Positions 54,621 to 64,000 of a stretch of DNA of 64,000 nt are shown piece by piece (position 1 is the first letter of the stretch; each line of letters opens with the position of its first letter). Both the position numbers and the translations under genes were made by a program. The notes beneath the pieces were generated by a model. The model was not told the DNA's origin, did not search any database, and worked only from the letters and a program-made list of their open reading frames with translations. Origin of the DNA: Camelus dromedarius (lineage: Eukaryota); the NCBI RefSeq assembly GCF_036321535.1, contig NC_087436.1, forward strand, positions 48,362,001 through 48,426,000. Reading direction: 5' to 3'.

Positions 54621-57339
54621 AAATCCTGACTTTCATCCATTCAACATCAAGGGATAATCTCTTACAGTTCACCAACAAATGGGGGTTTACACACTGATTC
54701 AGTCATTGAACAGAATCCTGCACAGAGACAAATGACTGGTGAATAATATATGAGCCCTGCCCTCCAAAAGCTCACATTCTAGAAGAGACAAATAGATAAG
54801 TAAGTATAAGACAATGCATTAACTGCCAAAATAGTATTATGTATGACTAGGGGGAAAGGAGGCATCGCTGAGACTTAAACCATGGTAAACATTCAGGGGA
54901 GATTTATATTTTACTTATAGGAAAGAAATCAGGAATTTCAGAAGCTCTGCTTGCCTCATTATCTGTGGGTTCACAAACTGCTCTATCCCAGCCATGAGAA
55001 GATTGCAGGGAACTTAGAGTGAGCAAAAATATCACATGCTCACCTTTGCCCCGTAGTTCATCCCTGTTTGTTTGTTCATTTATTTTAAGTCACTAAGTTG
55101 GAAGCTTATTTAATCAGTCTTGGAGAGGAGCTGGGCAGAGGGGAAAGGTCCTGAGTATGAAAGCAGCTAGGACACGGAGGGAATAGCAGCTGCACTCAGT
55201 ACACATACATATACGAATAAGGCCCATGTAGGACCAAAAGTTCCTGGAAGCCGCTGATTAAGCTGCTCCAATCTATTCAGTTTCTTGATTCTCCAGTCTG
55301 GGGCCACCCAAATTTAACTGCTAGACTTCACTAGTATTACTCAGTCATCTCATTATGTCACTGATCTAAGAGAACTTATCTCTACTAGAAGCTCCATGGT
55401 TAAGTTACATGAAGAACAGAGCAGACATTTTTCATCCAAAATGAATTTGTATAAATGTTACTCTTCTTTTGATCCAACCTCTGATTATGTTGATGTAGAA
55501 TCTATTATACTTAGAAAGATAGTATATTCTGCTTTAAAGAAAAATATTTTCCTTTAGTAAAGCCATAAGATTGTCCTAAATGACAGACACATTTTGTTTT
55601 CAGTGACTGTGTATGTTTCTAAAAATGAAAAAAAAAAAAAAGCCATATGTGTAATCACAAGAAACTAGTGGAAAAAATTAGGGTGACAAGAGTATAAAAA
55701 AAATCCTCATCATCCAACTCCTGAAAAATCAAGGACATGCTGTACAAAAGCAAAGAAGAGAAGATGATTGCAATTAAGAAACAATGTGAAATCTAAGAAA
55801 GACCATAAACCTCCCCCAATCTATTAAAGCCTGAATTTCAAACAACATTTTTCATAGAAATCAAGTGGGGGGCAAAGACCTACAACCATGCTGTCAGTGT
55901 AATTTTTAAAACGTTTAAAAAATCCATTTAAAGCTGCTATTAAATAGACATTTAGCTTAAGCTACGGATGGATGTAATTCAGTAAGTGCATAAATATTTC
56001 TCAAAAACTAACCTGACTCTCTCCATATGTCTCCAGATTTTTCTTTCTGCTGGTCCTATGCTCAGCCAAAGAGGATTATTTTAAAAGACATACATTTTGA
56101 AAATAGATTTTTCCAGTTTTAGGATATAGAACAATATTCTAATCCACTGTTTTTTTATACAAGTAAGTTTGATTCATACATGTCTCTGATCCTTTTAAAT
56201 GGTATTTGGCGTGCAGCCTTCTTCTTTTACAGCTGCCTTCCTTAAGTCAGTGTCCAATTCAGAAGTTGAACGCAGAGAGGAGATGGGCTAGGGCAAAACT
56301 CGGATCCAGATATTTTTTTCGAGAATAAATAACTTCTCTCTCCCAGGAGAACTCAGCAGCCAAGATTTAGTAATCCTCAGAGAGGCCACGACCCGAGAGG
56401 CACCACAGTCCTACTCTGGGCTTACACCTTGATCTCTGGGTGAAGATTGCCTAAGCACAGGCTGGCTGTTTATGACCTTTTTTCTGAAGGTGCCTCAGAT
56501 ACTGGTGGCAGCCATCTGGATGTGCTCACAGATTGGGAGCAGCTGCAGAATGTCTGAATATTCAACAGGACCAGCAGCTGTTAGGAAGGAGCAAGAGCTA
56601 GCTGTTAAGGTCCTCTGTTTCCAGACACACCCTGGATTTCTTTTTCTTCCTGGCTCATGTGAAATAGGGAAGAGAACATCTGCCTTCTCCTTTTTCCTTT
56701 CCCCCTTTCTGGGGGCACTGATGCCTTTCACTGAAGGAATCCTTCAAGGTCAACTGCTGGAGAAGTGACATCTTCTTTCCTGTGCTTCTCTGCTGTCTCC
56801 TTAAATATCTCCCAATTTGTGCTCTAAGGTATTTTATAGAGGGGTTATAAGCTGCCAGCTGGGACAAATGAAACATTTCCTCAAACTATCTCTTTTTCTT
56901 TATTTATGTTAAGCCTTCATTAATTTACGGCAAAAAGGTGGAGATACAAGTCATCTCTCCAAAACTGGGGAATAAATCTGAAAGTTACCTATCATTTGAA
57001 TATTATTTTAAAAATCCCCAAATAATGAATCAGAGCATCTATGATAAAGTCACCTTAAAGAAAGTGCTAGCATGCAGCCAAACTGCACTAGGAATTGAAT
57101 CCAGGAACTGACTAAATTCTTCCCACAATCATGGTATCATGTGCATATTATTGCTGTAAACAATCAGGCTTCAAGCATGTATTTTTGATTTTGAATGAAC
57201 AATTCGACTGTTGATGTTATAGGTAGGTATGCACATAAAAGGTTCAGAAAGGCCAACGCAGGGCCTGAACATACCAAACAAAGATCGCGAACTTAGCTAT
57301 TCAATATAATTTAGTTGAAAAATAAGCCTGTTACAATTC

Positions 57340-57840
57340 TAGGTATATGACTATAAATGTTACTAAGACTTTCTTGGCTGCAGTTCCTTACTTATAAAAT
57401 GGGGATAATTTACCTATGTTAAAGAGTTCTGAGGGTTATATTTAATAAATGCAATGTGCTTGGCATTGTGCCTGACTTAGAACAGATTCACAGTAGGTTT
57501 GAAGAAAACTGCCATTACTATTATTGTTTTTATTGTCATCATCACTACCCAGATTGTTATGAGTACCTATTTAAATGAATTACTAGATATGAGCAACTTA
57601 TTATAGAGATTAAGAACATGGTTTCTGGAGTAAATTATACCTGTTTAAGTTCCTACTTAGCTATTTGTTTTGTAACCTTGGGCAAGTTAACTCCTCCAAC
57701 TTCAATCTTTTCATTGGTAAACTGGGAAAGATAATAGTGTCTACTTTACTTGGTTACTTTGGGGATTAATGTCATGTTAACATAATAGTAAATTAACTCA
57801 GACATTGGTACATGACAGGTGCATAATAAATGTTAACTTA
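57340..57840 (+). mobile_element. Two MIR remnants
   Basis: cagttccttacttataaaatggggataat; gtaaccttgggcaagttaac. Confidence 0.7.
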
Positions 57841-58069
57841 TGGTCAGTATGACTTTGTTGTTAGTATCTGACTTACTCTAAAATTGAGACATATTACTTA
57901 TAGCCTTCGTTGGAACTATCTTGATAGGCATCACAAAAAAGTAAGAGTAAAATCAAATTTACACAGCCTTGATTTATAATTATAAGAACTTCCTTCTTAA
58001 TTTAGAAAACAATCTGGGAAGAAAATTCACTGGCTTAGCGATGTTAAACTGAAAAGCCCCAATTTAGTG

Positions 58070-58240
58070 AGAAGGACATGGGCCTGGCAGTCAGGGGATC
58101 TCTGTTACAGGCCCAGGTCTGCCAATAATCAGCTCTGTGGCTTTGGCCAAGCCATTTAACATCACAAGACCTTAATACCCTCATCTGTAAAATAAGGCAA
58201 TTTGGATAGATGATCTCTAAGGTTGAATATTCTCTAAATC
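58070..58240 (+). mobile_element. MIR3/MIR-like remnant
   Basis: ctctgtggctttggccaagccatttaac...cctcatctgtaaaataagg...tagatgatctctaaggt. Confidence 0.75.
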
Positions 58241-60029
58241 TGATCTAATGAGGTCTTATCATTCTGCTTTGGCTCTCTAAGAAGGAAAATGTGGTGCTTT
58301 AAGTGGGAAGAGAGTTAGGGAATAGAATAAAATATAAAGAATGGTCCTTATTGTCCTCCTGATCCATGATAATTTTTTTCTCAGTTGATGTAATAGTTGG
58401 CTTTTTTTAAAGTTTCCCCCTAAAAAGTCCAGATGCTATGATTTCATCAACCACAAACAAATGGGGCAGGGCTGGTGAGGTCCTGGGAAAATGAACATAA
58501 TTCCTGGAAAACAAAGTTTATATCCTAACTAGTTGTCCCAAAAGGACTAGATGGACTCATACCCATTAGCACTTTGAAAGCAAACAAGTCATGATTGATT
58601 GTAAAATTTCCATCTAGCTTAGTACTATATTTAAATTATTAACACCAGATAACTTACATTAACTTATCTTGCTTTTGGATTTTTATGTGAGGTATCAATC
58701 AAGCATGGTTATTCTTTCTCTGGGTCCATAGAGAACATGTTTGGCCACTAACATGATGACTATACACCAAGCGACACTACTTTCAAATATTCAACTATTT
58801 TCCGGCCAAAAATCAATCAAAAGAATATAAGCTAAATCAACCATTTTCTTCTATTTTTGGCAGTAATTCAGAAGTGCAATTTCTCTCACAGTTTAGGACA
58901 TGAGCATCCTTTCATAAATAATTATCAACATGTAAAAATTTCCCAGTGGCTGAACACATGGACTCGTAAGCAGTGTCGAGCTTACAAATCTATTATCCTT
59001 AGGTGCTTTAACTCATTTTTCCTGAATGATATTATGGTTTAAAGTATAGGAAATGTCTGGTGAAGACAAAGAGGGAACACGTTAATGTTACAATACAGAA
59101 AGCTAGGAAATAAAAACACACTGTGAATGTTATACCACTTAATGCAATAAGAAGAATTCCATGTTATAATATATAACCCAGGAGAGAACCATTTGAGCCA
59201 GTTTATTTAGCATGATTTTTTATGGTGATGTTTTTAAAATATTTAAAATCAAGTATAGCTCATGCATCAATCAACAAATACCCAGGGAGTAGGTATGGGG
59301 GTAGATCAAGGGGTTAAGGGTAGTAGCTATTTATTAACCTGTATTAAACATTTCAAGATTATGACAATCAATGTGAACACATCAATAATGTACTGGGTGA
59401 GGATCAGGTCTGGCTCTAAATATGAGAAACTTTCAGAGACAGGAGTGCTAAAGAATCAACAGTTGTATAGAAATAAATTCCAATACTATACAATTCCCAA
59501 TAATGCTCACTTTCTTTACTTGGTATATCTTTATTGCCTGATAACTCCCTTGTTAATTCCTATGCTTAAGGCATAAACTCACACATGGAACTTTTCCTGA
59601 CCCCTCCCCTTTACCCTCACTTTCCACCCCACCACCCAAAACTGAGCTAAACACCTGCCTCTATAGTGCCAATACATTTTCTATCACAACACTTGTGATT
59701 ACAACAAATTGAGTCTTATTTTCCTGTCTGTCTCTCTTCCTTAGCATTAAGTTTAGATAGTAAACAAGAAGCTCTTCTAGATATGAGCAGGAAAGGTATC
59801 CGTTTTGTTCCATTCCTTGTCCCTGGAACTAAGTAGACCCTCAATAAGTATTTGCAGGAGTAAATCATCGAGGGTGCTGTCTAAAATTCACACTATGAGG
59901 CTCCATCCCTAAAGATTTTGATGTATTTTTAGCAAGTATCTAGAGTGATTCTGATGTAAATGACCCAGAAATCTTATTCCCAGAACCTAGATCTGATATA
60001 TTTAGCACTTCACAAATTTTTCAACAATT

Positions 60030-60425
60030 TGGATTAATTTGCTAGTGCTGCCATAACAAAGTACCACTAACTGGGTGGCTTAAGCAATATAAACTTATCA
60101 TCTCTCAGTTTTGGAGGTTAGATGTCTAAAATAGAAGTTAGCAGGGTTAGTTCCTTCTCAGGGCTGTGAGTGAAAGATCTGTCCAAGGATTCTCTCCTTG
60201 GCTTATGGATGGCTGTCTTTATGCTCACCTGGTGTTCTCCCTGTATTCATGTCTTTGTCCAAATTTCTGTTTTATAAGGATATACTGGATTAGAGCCTCA
60301 CCCTAATGATCTTAATCAATTGCATCTGCAATAACCATATTTCCAAATAAAATCACTTCTGAAGTACTGAAGGTTAGGATGTACTTATCAATTTGGAGAG
60401 AGGGGATACAATTCAAACCACAGCA
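60030..60425 (-). mobile_element. MLT1A/B-like solo LTR
   Basis: tgctgccataacaaagtaccac...atttccaaataaaatcac...ggggatacaattcaa. Confidence 0.9.
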
Positions 60426-62618
60426 TCATTTATTTATTTTGCAGTTCTCTGACTTCTCTCCCATGAGAGATGTGTTACAGTAAACAACACATATGACAAA
60501 CTCTGAAGAGGTCTGCTAATTTTGCTATATCACTATTAGCTAAAATGTGATGTTGACATTGCACATATACTTAGATTTACACAAGAGCAATGTTCTTTAA
60601 AGTTGGGTTAAGATTATGCTAATTTGTGTTTTAAAGGCACATAATATGTGCCAATTAAAGTACCTCTTTGAAAAATTATATTGTAAAGTTTAGAATCTTT
60701 CTGCTAAAATTATTATTCCCTAATGTGTTGATCTTGAAATGTCAATTCAGATTTTCTTGAAGCAGGGCATTTTTAGGGGAACTAGAAATATACAATTATT
60801 CTATGGCGTAGACAAATTTTGAACAGATATAAGGAAAAGTTTTGGACCTATACCTTGAGAGAGTCCCTCTGAGTACAAAATAGTAATTGCAGACTACAAG
60901 CAAATCCATGATAATGAACTATAGAAAAGAGTTTTACAGGGAAGTACAATTTTTGTGTCTCAAAGATTAAATTTCAAAATTGAAGACTTAAAACTATTAA
61001 ATAAAACCCTAAACCCCCATTTAAGATGATGCTCAGGGTCTCAATTCCAAATTAAACAGATATTTATTGAGAGTTTACAATGTGCTAGTGCTTTTGATTA
61101 ATATAGAAAGACATAGACTTTGCCTTCAAAGAGGTCATGGTCAAGAGAATGTGAAAATAAAGAGTTCTGGTAAAATTAAGAGTTATAATGTAATGTATTA
61201 AGATGTATAATGTAATATATAATGTAATGTATTAAGAGTTATACTGGTAACTATGGTTTTGAAATGTTTCTAATTTTAAATACATTGTCCCACAGTTACC
61301 ATATTTTCACATTAGATGTCTATGTCCTGATTCTCCTTCCTCCCTCCCTCCCTCTTGCTTCCTTCCTTCATTTTTCTTTCTTTTCCCTTTTCTCTTCTTC
61401 CATTTTTTTTTCAGTTGTTCAGTATTATAAATATGAATCCTACATTTGTTATATACATTCAAACCAGTTCCCAGACTGTTTTTCAATTTTTTCAAGATTT
61501 TTATAAACTAGAGTTTGTGCTAATACTCTGTGGGTTTGTGGTCAACTTATGCATCAGTTTTTCCATATCACAGTGGAGATAATATTAGTATCTCCCATAA
61601 ATCATCATGTTGATCTTCAAAAGAGATGAAGCACGTAAAGTGAGTAGCATAATAGCCAGCACTAAATGTGAGTTGTTCTCTCTTTTTTCTTCTAGTTATT
61701 AGAGGTTCTGGATATTTCTTGTTATGTTTATTACTAAGTGTTTTGTACTTTTCTTGCTATTATGAACTGGTAGCAGCTTTAGAAATATTTTTATCATGGA
61801 AGTGTTTGGAATGGAGGGAATTTTATTGTCCCATTGTCATGATTTCATATAACTTTGGAAATATTCAAAAAAGTTAACTGGTTATTTCTAGGTGCCTTCC
61901 ACATTGTGTGAACAATCTGTCACATGCTATTACTTCTGCTTTATATCAGCTTATTTTCACTAATCAAACAAGAATTTATTACATAACCAACTTCTACATA
62001 TTACTAAACAAAGGAATACCAGTCTTTAGTGTTTTTCACCTACATTAGAGGAAGTCATTGGATAAATTGGGTTTGATTCTAGGCATGTGATCAGGACACA
62101 AATCACAGTAATATTCTGTAGTTGTTCCAAATTACCAAATGTATTTTGATCCTGGCATTTCCATGTCATCTGACTAATCAATAGACTAACCAGATTATGT
62201 AATTACAAATTGTTAGAAAATGCTTTTAGTGATGATGACACCATCCCTACAAAAAAAGACATGATGTTTCCCTTGGGCAAGGTCTTCTGACTTAAAGGAA
62301 TTCAGTGGTCTAACAGATTCAGGTTGACAGGCAAGTATAAATGATTGCTGAATGTTATAAATGTAATTATATCATATGCACCATTGATATAATGCAGTTT
62401 TGTAGTTGTATATACATGAGTTATAACAGCAAAAATAAAATGGCAACCTAAACCCTTTTTTAAAGAAAGTCCACCCACCTCTCTCCATTTGCTTACATTA
62501 TTTGACCCCATCTTCACTTTCCATTATATATATCAGCTTTTAGAACCATAATGAGGTATATATCTGTTGACTATGTTAAAACATAGTAACTTCTTTGCTC
62601 ATTTTTTGAGAAATATAG

Positions 62619-62918
<300 letters not shown>

Positions 62919-63039
62919 AATTTAGGTAAAAGGAAAAGGGCATTGGGTTTTACAGTCAGCAACCCAGTTTCAAAAATGCCTGTTAGCATGGCTATGGACC
63001 ATCAGAATTCCCATATGCTGTCAGTGAGACTGTACTTGG

Positions 63040-63750
63040 TATTTCCACTTGGGAAAACTGTTCAGCAGCTAAAAATAACATATAGGATTCAAGATTCTAA
63101 GGCAAATCTTATGACACAGTAATCACACTCCTAAGTGTATCCAACAGAAATATATATATTTGTACATTAAAAGACTTGAATGTACAAGAATGTTCACAGC
63201 AGTACTATTCATAAAAGCTAAAAACTGGAAATTACCCAAATGTCCATTAATAGTAGATTGGATAAGGAAATTGTAGTATATTTACACAATGGAATATTAT
63301 ACCGTAATGAAAATGAGCAAACTACAACTGCAGGTAATAAAGGAATTACCCAAACATAATGTTGAAAGAAGCCAGACATAAAAGAGTACATACTCTATGA
63401 TTCCATTTGTATAAATTTCACACTATAGTCGAAACTTATGTAATTTAAACTATTCTGATGTGAGAAGTGTTGGAAGTCGGAAGAGTAGTTACCCTTGGGG
63501 AGGAGATAGTAAAAGCACAAACCAAGGCAGCTTCTGAGATTCCGGTAATGTTATATTTCTTTTTTTTTTTAATATATATAAACTTTTTTTTATTGAGTTA
63601 TAGTCATTTTACAATGTGTCAGTAATGTTATATATCTTGATCTGGAAGCTGGTTTCATATAGTGCATTCATTTTGTGGACATTCAACAGCAAACACTTCT
63701 GCTTTATGAACTGTTTGGTATATACAGTACACTTAAAGTTAAAACTCAGG
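63040..63750 (+). mobile_element. Old L1 (L1MC/ME-like) 3' end immediately downstream of the GIMD1 stop
   Basis: aagaatgttcacagcag...aactggaaattacccaaatgtcc...gaagccagacataaaagagtacatact...gtagttacccttgggga. Confidence 0.85.
63562..63621 (-). mobile_element. Ultra-truncated (about 60 bp) young L1 3' tail
   Basis: Poly-T plus tattgagttatagtcattttacaatg; 17-bp TSD gtaatgttatatttctt (63545-63561) / gtaatgttatatatctt (63622-63638). Confidence 0.85.
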
Positions 63751-64000
63751 AAATTACTATATATTTTAAAAACACTACACTACTTAACTTGATGCTAAGC
63801 AAGGAAAATTACTTAACCTGTGAAGGACTGTTTCCTTATGTTGAATACCTACTTCATAGTTACTGAAATGATTAAAACATCTTATGCTCAAAAAATGTTA
63901 TCTTTCTCTTCCACTCTTTTATAAGCTGTGGTTTCTATTTAGGTCTGGAAATAAAGGTAGTATCTCCAAACCAAGCTCTGCAGCAGAAATAAGTGTAACA

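Noticed and set aside
61180..61245. Short tandem duplication (tataatgtaatgtattaaga twice)
   Set aside because: Ordinary slippage; no spacer-repeat array.

Overview
AT-rich, CpG-depleted, repeat-dense mammalian DNA. It is most likely a cetartiodactyl, probably a camelid: the L1 3' tails are of that type and I saw no Alu, B1/B2, Bov-tA, PRE or CHR SINEs. One protein-coding gene is supported: GIMD1 (GIMAP/AIG1-family P-loop GTPase) on the + strand, with two coding exons (53670-54062 and 62658-62918) that join in phase 0 to give an intact 217-aa protein. A splice acceptor 2 nt upstream of the ATG implies at least one untranslated upstream exon. The best candidate is about 52230-52405, behind a GATA/RFX/ETS/CDX motif cluster. 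The first ~52 kb has no recognisable gene and is a mosaic of L1, L2, MIR, MaLR/ERVL LTRs, an ERVL pol remnant and DNA transposons. I found no convincing new biological system. The best leads are (i) two independent TSD-flanked L1 copies that keep both termini but lack most of ORF2, (ii) a possible spliced uORF whose stop overlaps the GIMD1 ATG-ATG start, and (iii) divergent GTPase motifs in GIMD1. Repeat family names come from recalled consensus sequences, and repeat boundaries are approximate unless TSDs are quoted.
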